The notes under the pieces are model-generated. The model was given only the letters and a program-made list of their open reading frames with translations, did no database searches and had not been told where the DNA came from. From an uncultured delta proteobacterium (GTDB lineage Bacteria; Desulfobacterota; RBG-13-43-22), in contig CAWBOS010000015.1 of assembly GCA_963790475.1 (NCBI GenBank), positions 384,001 to 448,000 of the forward strand: 64,000 bases of DNA. Direction: 5' to 3'. This document shows, in pieces, positions 10,519 through 20,483 of this stretch (the stretch's first letter is position 1; each line of letters opens with the position of its first letter). A program made the position numbers and the translations under genes.

Positions 10519-11342
10519 TGAGCTTATTTCTACTAAAAAAAATTACTGCCAAAACGTTTTTTTGGATAGCCTGTCTCCTGTCCATATTGTTTTTTATTTT
10601 TCCTTTTTTGTGGGTGGTGATGATGTCTCTGAAGGACCCCGGGGCGGCCCAATCCATGCCCCCCAAGCTTATTTTTTCCCCCACCTTCGATAACTACAAG
10701 CAGGTATTTGCTGCCGGAGACTTCATAAACGCATTCAAAAACAGCACCATCGTCGTCCTGTTTACCCTGGCGGCCAACCTGATCGTATCGCTGCCGGCCG
10801 CCTACATTATCGCCCGGGGGAAGCAGAAATGGCTTTCCTTTACCATCCTTTTCACTCAGATGGCCCCCTGGATCGTCTTTCTGCTGCCCTGGTATATCAT
10901 CTTCAAACGCCTGGGGCTTTACGACACCTATATCGGGCTGGTCCTTTCCAACCTGACCTATCTGGTCCCTTTTACGGTCTGGCTGATGCTCGGTTTTTTC
11001 GAGGACGTGCCTAAGGAAATCGAGGAGGCGGCCTGGCTGGACGGTTGTACCCGCACCGGTGCCTTTATCCGTATGGTCATCCCCCTGGTTAAAGGCGGAG
11101 TCATCACCGTCAGCACTCTGGCCTTTTTGTTTACCTGGAATATCTTTATCTTTCCCCTGGTCCTCTCGGGCTATCGTTCCAAGACCCTCCCGGTGACCGT
11201 CTATAACTTCCTGAACGACAACAGTCTGGATTTCGGTCCTTTGTCCGCTGCCGCGGTGTTGATCACCCTTCCGGTCATCCTGTTTATTCTTATTAACCAG
11301 AAATATTTTTCCCGAGGTATAGCCCTGGGAGGCAGGAAGTAG
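10518..11342 (+). CDS. Carbohydrate ABC transporter permease (MalG/UgpE-like)
   Basis: EIEEAAWLDGCTRTGAFIRMVIPL; TGATG coupling at 10516-10520. Confidence 0.92.
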   Translation: MSLFLLKKITAKTFFWIACLLSILFFIFPFLWVVMMSLKDPGAAQSMPPKLIFSPTFDNYKQVFAAGDFINAFKNSTIVVLFTLAANLIVSLPAAYIIARGKQKWLSFTILFTQMAPWIVFLLPWYIIFKRLGLYDTYIGLVLSNLTYLVPFTVWLMLGFFEDVPKEIEEAAWLDGCTRTGAFIRMVIPLVKGGVITVSTLAFLFTWNIFIFPLVLSGYRSKTLPVTVYNFLNDNSLDFGPLSAAAVLITLPVILFILINQKYFSRGIALGGRK

Positions 11343-11351
11343 GTTTAGCCC

Positions 11352-12455
11352 ATGTCTGAAGTGAAAATAAAAAACGTCAGTAAACTGTTTGGCGAATTCG
11401 AAGCGGTAAAGGACTTCTCGCTCGATATCCAAGACGGTGAATTCATAATCCTGGTTGGTCCCTCGGGGTGCGGCAAAACAACGATTCTAAGAAGCATAGC
11501 CGGTCTGGAGACCATCACCTCGGGCGAGATTTTCATCGATGGCCGACCGGTGAGCAAGGTGGCCCCCAAAAAACGGGACATCGCCATGGTCTTCCAGAAT
11601 TACGCCTTGTATCCCCACATGAACGTCCGGAACAACATGGCCTTTTCCCTGAAGCTGAGAAAGATCCCCAAAAGGGAAATCAATGAGATCGTGGAACACA
11701 CCGCGGATTTGTTGGGGATGCGGCCATTGCTGGACCGGAAGCCGAATGAGCTTTCCGGCGGCCAGCGTCAGAGGGTGGCCCTGGGCCGGGCTATTGTCCG
11801 CAACCCCAAGGTGTTCCTGTTTGACGAACCCCTCTCCAACCTGGACGCCAAACTCAGGATCAGCATGAGGGCCGAGTTGCTTGGTCTACACCAGAGGCTT
11901 AAGACCACCACTATCTATGTGACCCATGACCAACTGGAAGCCATGACCATGGGGGACCGGATCGTGGTCATGAACAACGGGGTCATCCAGCAGGTGGATC
12001 CGCCCCAGAAGGTTTACGATCATCCGGCGAATAAATATGTGGCCGGGTTCATCGGTTCTCCGGCCATGAATTTTGTTGATTGTCAAATCAGCCTGGATAA
12101 CGGTGAATTATATGCCGTGTCTCCAGGCCTGAAACTAAAGATCCCGGCCGACAAGACCGAACGAATTAAAGAACGGGTGGGTCAGGAGGTCTCCCTGGGC
12201 CTGAGACCGGAACACATTATTCACAGGGACCTGGTGGATCAATATGATCCCGAGCTCTCCTTCAAAGGATCGGTCTGGGTCATCGAACCCCTGGGCTCGG
12301 AAAAGCTGGTTTATATCCGTCCGGAAAGCCAGGATACACTGATCGCCCGCGTCGATCCCCGTGTCAATATAAAACTTGGAGACGTAGCCGATTTTACCGT
12401 CCGGATGAACCTGGCCCATATGTTTGAAAAAGATGACGGCCGGATTATTTTCTGA
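11352..12455 (+). CDS. ABC transporter ATP-binding protein (MalK/UgpC-like)
   Basis: GPSGCGKTT, VFQNYALYPHM, LSGGQRQRVALGRA, FLFDEPLSNLDA, C-terminal TOBE region. Confidence 0.95.
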   Translation: MSEVKIKNVSKLFGEFEAVKDFSLDIQDGEFIILVGPSGCGKTTILRSIAGLETITSGEIFIDGRPVSKVAPKKRDIAMVFQNYALYPHMNVRNNMAFSLKLRKIPKREINEIVEHTADLLGMRPLLDRKPNELSGGQRQRVALGRAIVRNPKVFLFDEPLSNLDAKLRISMRAELLGLHQRLKTTTIYVTHDQLEAMTMGDRIVVMNNGVIQQVDPPQKVYDHPANKYVAGFIGSPAMNFVDCQISLDNGELYAVSPGLKLKIPADKTERIKERVGQEVSLGLRPEHIIHRDLVDQYDPELSFKGSVWVIEPLGSEKLVYIRPESQDTLIARVDPRVNIKLGDVADFTVRMNLAHMFEKDDGRIIF

Positions 12456-12544
12456 TCGCAATTTGCATCATCAGAATAACAGCATCTTGAGAGTAGCATA
12501 AACATGAGACCTTTGAAAAATTGGGTCTTGAAGGAAGGCTGGTT

Positions 12545-13456
12545 ATGAACGAGAAAGTTCAACAATTTTTAACCGACTTATTTCTAACCAACGAATTGAA
12601 TCGGCTGCCCGAACAGTTTGGGGGTGATCGGATATTTGATCCTCCCCTGATCGGCGTTTCCCGGGGAGATGACCCCATCTTCAACAAGTTTAAAGAGGTG
12701 GTGGCCCCGGAACATCTGACCCCTCTTGAGATGTGGACCTCCGACGGACTGAGGAGACCGGAGGACACGGCCGACCGTCTGCGTATTCTCTCGATCATCT
12801 TTCCTTACGTGAAGCGAATACGGGATGAGAGCAGGAAGGCCACGACCATGCCCGCCGACATCTATTGCCTGGGACGAAATTATGCCAATGAATTCATGAA
12901 GGATGTTCTGCGCAAAACCATGGCCTTCTTTCGAGACCAGGGATTCAGGGCCACCGCCGGAATGCTCAGCCCGGCCTTTCGCCTCCGACTGCAGGAAAAG
13001 CCTCCGCAATTTTACTCCCTCTGGTCCGAACGTCATATGGCCTTTGCCGCCGGTTTGGGCACTTTTAGTCTCCATGAGGGGCTGATCACCGAGGCCGGTT
13101 GTAATATCCGGGTTACCTCGGTGATTACTGATGCCCCCCTGACCGTAACACCCCGAAGGAGTGACGAACCTTATGCCAATTGCCTCTATTATGCAAAGGG
13201 GGAATGCCGTGAGTGCGAGAAGCGCTGTCCCGGAGAAGCCATCACGGCCGAAGGGCATGACAAGCTCAAATGCAGACAATACGGGGTGAAAGTATCTAAA
13301 GAGATGAACAAGAAGTTCGGTCCCTTGCTGAAACCTCATGAACGCAATGTCGAAGGTACGGTTATTGTATCTCACCCGGTGGGCTGCGCCTTCTGTCAGT
13401 TCAAGGTTCCCTGCATGGACAGAAACCCCATGGCCAAGGCGCAGAAGACGTCATGA
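12545..13456 (+). CDS. QueG-like (epoxyqueuosine reductase/reductive dehalogenase-related) 2x[4Fe-4S] protein
   Basis: WSERHMAFAAGLGTFSLHEGLITEAGCNIRVTSVIT, C..CRECEKRCP..AI, HDKLKC, GCAFCQFKVPC. Confidence 0.75.
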   Translation: MNEKVQQFLTDLFLTNELNRLPEQFGGDRIFDPPLIGVSRGDDPIFNKFKEVVAPEHLTPLEMWTSDGLRRPEDTADRLRILSIIFPYVKRIRDESRKATTMPADIYCLGRNYANEFMKDVLRKTMAFFRDQGFRATAGMLSPAFRLRLQEKPPQFYSLWSERHMAFAAGLGTFSLHEGLITEAGCNIRVTSVITDAPLTVTPRRSDEPYANCLYYAKGECRECEKRCPGEAITAEGHDKLKCRQYGVKVSKEMNKKFGPLLKPHERNVEGTVIVSHPVGCAFCQFKVPCMDRNPMAKAQKTS

Positions 13457-13633
13457 TATTTTCACTCGGGTCTTCCTTTTATTTAATGCAAAAATAGGAT
13501 TCCAGGACCCAATGGTCGAAAAAGCTGGTATGAGGTGTAGGGTATAAGGTTTTCCTTTTTTTGAACCGCGGACCTTAGACCTTGGACCTTCAATCCCTTG
13601 ATCCCTTTTTGAATTAAACGGATAGGAGAAGCT

Positions 13634-14830
13634 ATGTCCAAACCCCCCTTAGACGGTATTGCAGTCATTGATTTCGCCACCATATTGGCCGCCCCCGTAG
13701 CCGCAACGTTTTTGGGTGATTTCGGGGCTTATGTGATCAAGGTGGAGCAACCCCAGGTCGGTGATCCCACGAGGGGACTGCCGTTTATCGAAGATGGAAG
13801 ATCTCCCGGATGGCTTAACGAAGGCCGCAATAAAAAAACCATGACCCTGAACCTGAAGATGCCCGAGGGTGTAACACTGGCCCATAAACTGGCGGAAAAG
13901 GCCGATGTGGTCCTCCTGAATTTTCGGCCCGGAAAGGCCGAGGCCTTGGGAATCGGTCCCGAAGACTTCCACCGAACCAACCCGAATCTGATAATCTCCC
14001 TGGTGTCGGCCTATGGGCAAACCGGAACCTACCGTGCCAAAGGGGGATTCGACCGCACAGCCAGTGCCTTCGCCGGAATGACTTATGTCACCGGCTACCC
14101 GGAACAGCCTCCGGTCCGTTCCGGTTACGCCATGGTCGATTACATGACCGCCTATTTGAATGCCTTCGGGATCATGATGGCCCTCTATAACCGAGAAGTG
14201 AACAACAGCGGCGGGGAGGTGATTGATGTCAGCCTGGCTGAAGCCGCCTTCCGATCTTCTGAGTCTGCTCTTACGGATTATAGTCTGACCGGAAAAATAA
14301 GGGAACGTTCCGGCAATCGTAACGCCGGATTTGTACCGGCAGAAGATTTTGAAACGCGGGATGGAAAGATCCTGGTGATCAATGCCGGCACGGACCCCCT
14401 TTTTGAAAAGCTGGTCCAGGTTATGGGTAAACCGGAGCTCCTTCAGGACCCCCTTTTTTCAACACGCTTCGCCAGAATTGTGAATCAGAAAAAACTTTAT
14501 GGAATCATCGCCGAATGGGTAAAGGGGATAACGGCCGTTGAGGGGCTTAATCTTCTTGATGAGGCGGGGGTTCCGGCGGACCTGGTGCGGAATATCGCTG
14601 AACTGGCTCAGGACCCCCACATGCTGGAGCGGGAGGCGGTCCTGGCCTTCCAGGACCCGGAAAAAGGAAAAGTGCTGATCCCGGGAATTTTTCCCAAGCT
14701 GGCCAAGTCACCGGGACGGGTGGAATTTCTCGGCGCCCGGCTGGGTGAACACAACCGGGAAATTTATAGCGATTTTTTAGGGCTTTCTGCGGAAGAGATC
14801 GATGCCCTGGAAGAAAAAAATGTGATTTGA
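13634..14830 (+). CDS. Family III CoA-transferase (CaiB/BaiF)
   Basis: PLDGIAVIDF..LAAP..LGDFGAYVIKVE, GRNKK, NFRPG, catalytic GFD motif, LGEHN. Confidence 0.92.
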   Translation: MSKPPLDGIAVIDFATILAAPVAATFLGDFGAYVIKVEQPQVGDPTRGLPFIEDGRSPGWLNEGRNKKTMTLNLKMPEGVTLAHKLAEKADVVLLNFRPGKAEALGIGPEDFHRTNPNLIISLVSAYGQTGTYRAKGGFDRTASAFAGMTYVTGYPEQPPVRSGYAMVDYMTAYLNAFGIMMALYNREVNNSGGEVIDVSLAEAAFRSSESALTDYSLTGKIRERSGNRNAGFVPAEDFETRDGKILVINAGTDPLFEKLVQVMGKPELLQDPLFSTRFARIVNQKKLYGIIAEWVKGITAVEGLNLLDEAGVPADLVRNIAELAQDPHMLEREAVLAFQDPEKGKVLIPGIFPKLAKSPGRVEFLGARLGEHNREIYSDFLGLSAEEIDALEEKNVI

Positions 14831-14849
14831 AAACGATGGAGAATTTTGG

Positions 14850-15872
14850 TTAGACTTCAGAAAGTCCAAATCCCGGACCTTCCGGCAAAAGGACCTGACC
14901 CTCGATTATCTTCAGCGGTTTAAAATTGGCCGGGAATGAAATACCCTCCGGCAACAACGGGACTTCCATCCAGTCCATATTATGCTGCGACAAGGCCCAA
15001 TGAACATTGGCATAGGCGCCCGGACCGATCCTGAAAGAATGAGGGCAAACCGGGAGGTTATAAAGCTCGGCCAGGACCGAGATCTTCCTGGCCATGGTCA
15101 TCCCTCCTATCTTGGTGATTTCCGGTTGGACAAAATCGATCGCCCCACATTTCATCAAACGATCAAAGGCCTTTAGGGTATATTCGTTTTCACCGGAGGC
15201 AAAAGGCAATTTCACCCGCCGGCGCACCCTGGCCATGGCTTCTTGGTCTTGCATGGGCCAGAGAGGTTCTTCCAGCCAGAGAATGTTCCAATCCTCCAGG
15301 CGGCGGGCATTCTCCTCCGCCTCCAAAACACTCCACTGCCCATTGACATCGAGCATAATCGGATAATCGTCCCCTGCGGTATCCCGGGCAGCGGCAACCA
15401 GAGAAAGGTCCACCTCATGAAGTTTGATGCCGGCGAATCCTAAATCGATAGCTCGCTTAACTTCCCGGAGAAGCGGTTTTTGATTGTGAAAAGGCGGAAA
15501 ACTGGCGTAGGCTTTTATTCTATCTCGAACCACTCCCCCCAATAGCTGGACCACCGGACTGTTCAAGCGTTTACCCATGAGGTCCCACAAGGCCAGGTCA
15601 AGACCGCTGAGGCCGCACAAGATCACCCCTTCAGTACCGTAGCGATAGGCGTAACGGTGCATCTTGTTCCAAAGGAATTCGATCCGGGAACTGTCCTCAT
15701 TTAACAGAAGTGGCGCCAGAACATCCTCTATCGCGCTTTGAACAGGTTTTATGGGAAGCCCATACCAGGATTCCCCTATCCCGGTCAATCCTTCGTCGGT
15801 AACGATCCTGACCAATAACTGAGATAACCGGTCAGCCTCATAAGGTACGGTTTCTATCTTCACTATTTTCAT
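14850..15872 (-). CDS. Mandelate racemase/muconate lactonizing (enolase superfamily) enzyme
   Basis: SGLDLALWDLMGK, MLDVN, WLEEP, ASGEN, CPH, PEGPGFG. Confidence 0.9.
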   Translation of the reverse strand: MKIVKIETVPYEADRLSQLLVRIVTDEGLTGIGESWYGLPIKPVQSAIEDVLAPLLLNEDSSRIEFLWNKMHRYAYRYGTEGVILCGLSGLDLALWDLMGKRLNSPVVQLLGGVVRDRIKAYASFPPFHNQKPLLREVKRAIDLGFAGIKLHEVDLSLVAAARDTAGDDYPIMLDVNGQWSVLEAEENARRLEDWNILWLEEPLWPMQDQEAMARVRRRVKLPFASGENEYTLKAFDRLMKCGAIDFVQPEITKIGGMTMARKISVLAELYNLPVCPHSFRIGPGAYANVHWALSQHNMDWMEVPLLPEGISFPANFKPLKIIEGQVLLPEGPGFGLSEV

Positions 15873-16223
15873 AATTCACCTAATTTCATTCTTTTTGGTT
15901 TTTACTTTACCGCCCCTATTTCTGGAATATCGGGATTATATTTGCAAGCCTAAGGAATAAATTTAAATCGAGATGGTCCTGCGCCAAATGGAATCAAAAA
16001 AGATTTCAATAAAACGAGTTTACACCATCGCATGGGACATCAACAAGAGGATAATATTTTATGTTCTTAAAATAATTTTCGGATAGGGGTGAATAACGGC
16101 AATAGTCTTCGGTAAGAAATTATTATCACACATTTTAACCCCCTTATTAGGTGATTGTAAAAAACGGATTCGATCCGTATAATTGTTCACAAATTTTAAG
16201 AAATCCAATCTAGGAAAAGGACC

Positions 16224-17486
16224 ATGGACGATCTATCCAGACGTCATTTTCTAAACTTAGGGATAGCCTCGGGTATTCTGGCTTTGGGATTTCCTGCCGG
16301 CAGTTGCCTGGGGTTGGACAATTCTTCGTTAAAGCAAAAACAGGAGATATCCCCAACCACCAATCAAAAGAAAAAGTCAGGGGAAAAAATTAATCCTGCG
16401 AAGATAAATGAGCTTACTCTTTTGTTTGAGAAGATGATCAAAGACGGTCTTCATCCCGGTGCCCAGTTATTCGTCTATCACCGGGGTGAACCGATGATTG
16501 AATTGGCCGGGGGCCTGGACTCACCTTCCGGGCGGCCGGTGACCACCCAAACCCTTTACCAGATACGCTCAACGACCAAGGCCCTGGCCACAATCGCCAT
16601 GCTCATGCTTTATGAAAAGCATCGCTTTGCCTTCGAAGACCCGGTGGCCAAACATTGGCCCGAATTCGGAACCAAGGGGAAACAATCCATTACCATCGCT
16701 CAGGTTATGAGCCATAGTGCGGGAATCCCGGACGGCCCCCTGATCCCGCCTGATAAAATGGAGGACCGTGGCGCTGTCGCCGAGGCAGTTGAGGCCATGG
16801 AACCGATCTGGACACCCGGAACAGCCAACGGATACCACTCGGCTACTTTCGGATGGATCCTGGATGAGCTTGTTCATCGCTGGGAGGGGCGAAACATAAG
16901 CCGGTTTATGGACGAGGAGGTCATAAAAACGCTTGGTCTGAAGAATATCTTTATCGGACTGCCGCCCCGCGAATTTCCAAGGATGGCCAGGATGTTCGTT
17001 CAGGAAGGCGTTCGTGAACGGCAGGATACCCGGGCCCGTTTCAGCGATTTTCTGAATACACCAGCGGGCATGAGCCTGCCTCTGGCCTGGGTGGGAGGGG
17101 TGGCTAATGCCAGGGACCTGGCCTGCTTGATGAATATCCTGGCCTATGAGGGAACTTTCGCTTCCACCACATTCTTCAGTAAACAGACCCAGGAGAAAGC
17201 CACCCGGCCCCTTAATCAACAGGACACGATCGACCGTCGCCTGCAACTTCCCATCCGCTGGGGACTGGGCTTCATGTTGGGATCGACCCCCCGCATTTAT
17301 GGAGATCGCCTAAACCCGCGTGTAGTGGGACACGCCGGAGGCAGTGCCTGCATCGCCTGGGCGGACCCGGACGAAAAGCTATCCGTGGCCTTCCTGACCA
17401 ACCAGATGACGGACATGAATACCGCCTGGGAACGTTTCCGGCTTATAGGAAATAAAGTATATGAGTGTCTGGAAACTCAAGGATAG
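16224..17486 (+). CDS. Tat-exported serine hydrolase (beta-lactamase class C/EstB-like)
   Basis: SRRHFL twin-arginine signal; STTK (SxxK), VMSHSAG, GYHS, VGHAGG, WADPD. Confidence 0.88.
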   Translation: MDDLSRRHFLNLGIASGILALGFPAGSCLGLDNSSLKQKQEISPTTNQKKKSGEKINPAKINELTLLFEKMIKDGLHPGAQLFVYHRGEPMIELAGGLDSPSGRPVTTQTLYQIRSTTKALATIAMLMLYEKHRFAFEDPVAKHWPEFGTKGKQSITIAQVMSHSAGIPDGPLIPPDKMEDRGAVAEAVEAMEPIWTPGTANGYHSATFGWILDELVHRWEGRNISRFMDEEVIKTLGLKNIFIGLPPREFPRMARMFVQEGVRERQDTRARFSDFLNTPAGMSLPLAWVGGVANARDLACLMNILAYEGTFASTTFFSKQTQEKATRPLNQQDTIDRRLQLPIRWGLGFMLGSTPRIYGDRLNPRVVGHAGGSACIAWADPDEKLSVAFLTNQMTDMNTAWERFRLIGNKVYECLETQG

Positions 17487-17584
17487 AAAAAAGAAAAAAA
17501 TATTGAAAAGTCACTATTTTTTTCTCCCTTCGGTCCCCCATTCAGCCTGTTGAGAATTGGCCCTGCTTATGAATAATTTTGCAA

Positions 17585-20482
17585 CTACTCGTATTCCTCC
17601 AAAAGTTTCTCTAGTTCAGAAATACTAGGGTCGCCCATAGCCTTCCCCACATCGAGGGCTTGTCTCAGGAGGGGTATTCCCTCCTCTTTTTTGCCCTCTC
17701 GGCAGAGCAACAGGCCGAAATCGCGACCTATATTAAAAAGCCCTGCTCCGCTGTTCGTTTCCCTGGCCAGTTGGAGGGCCTCGGTGAATCCCTCAAGGGC
17801 CTCCTTGACCTGTCCATTCTGTAAATGGATGTGGGCCATATTGTGTAAGGTTGCTATCATGCCCGCCCGGTTGCCAATCTCTCGACTGATCTCAAGGCTC
17901 TTCTGGAGGTAGTCGAGGGCCGTCACATAGTCCCCTTGGGCATCGTAGATCTGGCTCATGTTGTTGAGGGTTGTGCCTTCGCCTACCCGGACGCCGATCT
18001 CCCGATAGATCTCGAGGCTCTTCTGGAGGTAGTCGAGGGCCGTCACATAGTCCCCTTGGGCATCGTAGATCTGGCTCATGTTGTTGACTGTAGTACCTTC
18101 GCCTTCCCGGTTGCCGATCTCCAGATGGATCTCCAGGCTCTTCTGGAGGTATTCAAGGGCCGTAGCGTAATCCCCACGGGCTTTGTAGATATGGCTGATG
18201 TTGTTGAGTGTAGTACCTTCGCCCGCCCGGTCACCGATCTCCCGTCTGATCTCCAGGCTCTTCTGGAGGTATTCGAGGGCCGTCACATAATCCCCTCGGG
18301 CATCGCAGATCTGGCTGATGTTGTTGAGGGTTATGCCTTCACCTTCCCGGTTGTCAATCTCCAGATAGATCTCCTGGCTTTTTTGGAGGTAATCGAGGGC
18401 CGTGGCGTAGTCCCCTCGGGCAGAATAGATTTGGCTCATGTTGTTTAGTGTAGCACCTTCGCCTTCCCGGTTGCCGATCCCCCGACTGATCTCCAGGCTC
18501 TTCTGAAGGTAGTCGAGGGCCGTGGGGTAGTCCCCTCGAGCAGAGTAGATCTGGCTCATGTTGTTGAGTGTAGTACCTTCGCCTTCCCGGTTGCCGATCT
18601 CCAGATGGATCTCCAGGCTCTTCTGGAGGTATTCAAGGGCCGTAGCGTAATCCCCACGGGCTTTGTAGATATGGCTGATGTTGTTGAGTGTAGCACCTTC
18701 GCCTTTCCGGTTGCCGATCTCCCGATAGATTTTAAGGGCCTGTTCTAAGGAAACTCGTGCCACATCGAGCTGGCCGTCCATTTGTAGGCTTCTGGCCATA
18801 TCGAATAGAAGACTGCATTTTTGTTGAGGATTCGTGCTGTGGTCTAAGGCATCGGTGAGCAGCTCGATCCGGATTTTGTGGAGTCCTCGTCCGGAGAGAT
18901 CCTGCCCCAGCTTGTGGGCAATCTCCACCGCCTTTTCAAAATCACCTGACCTCTGGGTCCTCCAATAATCGATCATCTCATCCAGCCATTGCCGAACATT
19001 CAATTCGAGGTTATCTTTAGCCCATCGGTCGGCCTGTTCCCTCATCCATATGAAGGTCAGGTTCTTCGAGGCAATCGATTCGGCTTCTTTCAGAAATGCG
19101 CTCGCTTCCGGGGCCTGCCCTTCTTTCAGCTTATGAACGGCCAACTCTAACTTGGTCTGACTTCGTTCTTTATTGTCACCCAGGTCGGAAAGATATTCCA
19201 ACAGCTCCGTATTATTTTTTTTCTCTTTGAATGCTTCTTTTTCTGTTTCAAGTTTTTGCCATAACTCTTTTCTTTTTCTTTCTCTTTCACCCCGGTCGCT
19301 AAAATAGACCTCGAAAAACTCAACCAGATAAACCAGACGTTTTCTTTGTATCCGAGACTCGCTCATGGCCAGCCAGAGATCAAAAAATCCCTCTTTGATG
19401 CGGTAGATTCTGGACCGTTTGTCCTGAGGATTATCGGAAGCAGTTAAGTAACCGGCCTTGGTCATGCGCTGCAACAAGGAAGAAATCTGTTGCGGGGATT
19501 TTCTGAGATGCTTGGCGATATTGGCCGGGGTCCGAGGTTCGGAGCGTTGAAGGGCAATAATCTCCAACAAGGCCCTTTCCTGGGGGGGAAGATCTTTAAG
19601 GCGATCCTGATAAAAGGGGGAGATCTGATCCAGCAACTTCTGAAGCTGCATTTTAACATCCTGTAGATTGTCGTGAGCGATTAATTCATAAAGCATCATA
19701 ATAAGTCGCGGGTTTCCTCCGGTCATAGTATGGATGGCCTGAATTTTTGGCGTTAAAGATTCAAGGTTCTCCAGAATAGGGTAGCACTGCTCCCATTCCA
19801 GATTTTTTCGGATCATTTCCAGGGTCTGTTCTTCGGTCAGGTCTTCCAATACCTGAGTGTCAAAAAATTCATAGAGCGGGCTTTTTTGATTATAGAGGGA
19901 AGGGAAATAAACCGGCGAGGTCCCTATCAGGGTGGCACAGGGGGAATCCATTAGAAAACTTCTCAGGCGATGGATATCCTGTTCTTGTTTAATCTGTTCC
20001 GTTAACAGGGTATCGAGATTCTCAAGAAAAATCAGAAGGGTTTTGCCGGTTTTCTTATGGTAGCTTTTCAATCTGGGAACGATAGTATCAATAATATCAT
20101 CGTCCCTTTCATTCTCGGAAGCGGATTGATGAAGCTGGCGCCAACTTCCATCATCGGTTACCTCCCCGAGAATCTCGGTGATACCCAGGAGTATATCTGC
20201 AAAAGAGAGCAGCCGATTGTTCTCTTCCGGAAACCTAATGACAGTGTAACGTTTTTTCAGATTCTTTTTCGTGTTCACTGCATTTTCGATTAGGGTTAGA
20301 AAATGGGTTTTCCCGATCCCCCTGGGGCCGATAAATAAATAATGCTGCCCCCCTTTTTTCCCGGCCTGTCGTTCAAGCTTTTCGACCAGATCCTCCAACA
20401 TCTCTTTTCTACCAACCGTGATTTCCAACACCCGGTCAAGGGGGGTGATATTAGCCCTGAATAAACCTACAGGCGAATCCAT
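17585..20482 (-). CDS. STAND-like P-loop ATPase with winged helix and C-terminal TPR array
   Basis: Walker A GPRGIGKT, Walker B-like LIFLENLD, TGGNPR motif, wHTH (ANIAKHL..ISSLLQRMTKAGYL), about nine 40-aa TPR units (EGTTLNNISQIYDARGDYVTALEYLQKSLEI). Start ATG 20482 has a GGAGG RBS and sits 1 nt after the upstream stop. Confidence 0.85.
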   Translation of the reverse strand: MDSPVGLFRANITPLDRVLEITVGRKEMLEDLVEKLERQAGKKGGQHYLFIGPRGIGKTHFLTLIENAVNTKKNLKKRYTVIRFPEENNRLLSFADILLGITEILGEVTDDGSWRQLHQSASENERDDDIIDTIVPRLKSYHKKTGKTLLIFLENLDTLLTEQIKQEQDIHRLRSFLMDSPCATLIGTSPVYFPSLYNQKSPLYEFFDTQVLEDLTEEQTLEMIRKNLEWEQCYPILENLESLTPKIQAIHTMTGGNPRLIMMLYELIAHDNLQDVKMQLQKLLDQISPFYQDRLKDLPPQERALLEIIALQRSEPRTPANIAKHLRKSPQQISSLLQRMTKAGYLTASDNPQDKRSRIYRIKEGFFDLWLAMSESRIQRKRLVYLVEFFEVYFSDRGERERKRKELWQKLETEKEAFKEKKNNTELLEYLSDLGDNKERSQTKLELAVHKLKEGQAPEASAFLKEAESIASKNLTFIWMREQADRWAKDNLELNVRQWLDEMIDYWRTQRSGDFEKAVEIAHKLGQDLSGRGLHKIRIELLTDALDHSTNPQQKCSLLFDMARSLQMDGQLDVARVSLEQALKIYREIGNRKGEGATLNNISHIYKARGDYATALEYLQKSLEIHLEIGNREGEGTTLNNMSQIYSARGDYPTALDYLQKSLEISRGIGNREGEGATLNNMSQIYSARGDYATALDYLQKSQEIYLEIDNREGEGITLNNISQICDARGDYVTALEYLQKSLEIRREIGDRAGEGTTLNNISHIYKARGDYATALEYLQKSLEIHLEIGNREGEGTTVNNMSQIYDAQGDYVTALDYLQKSLEIYREIGVRVGEGTTLNNMSQIYDAQGDYVTALDYLQKSLEISREIGNRAGMIATLHNMAHIHLQNGQVKEALEGFTEALQLARETNSGAGLFNIGRDFGLLLCREGKKEEGIPLLRQALDVGKAMGDPSISELEKLLEEYE
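17865..18730. repeat. About 7 tandem copies of a 120-bp unit encoding TPRs
   Basis: Lines 17881, 18001, 18121, 18241, 18361, 18481 and 18601 align with period 120; 18089-18213 is essentially identical to 18569-18693. Confidence 0.92.
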
Positions 20483-20483
20483 G

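Noticed and set aside
12545-13456. Calling this gene queG or a reductive dehalogenase
   Set aside because: It shares only the Fe-S/cobalamin-fold region; there is no Tat signal or rdhB anchor gene and the context is catabolic, so it is left as QueG-like.
17865-18730. Periodic repeats as a possible CRISPR array or DGR template/variable repeat
   Set aside because: The period is 120 bp with no unique spacers, the units are in-frame TPR codons, differences are not adenine-specific, and no cas or DGR RT gene is adjacent.
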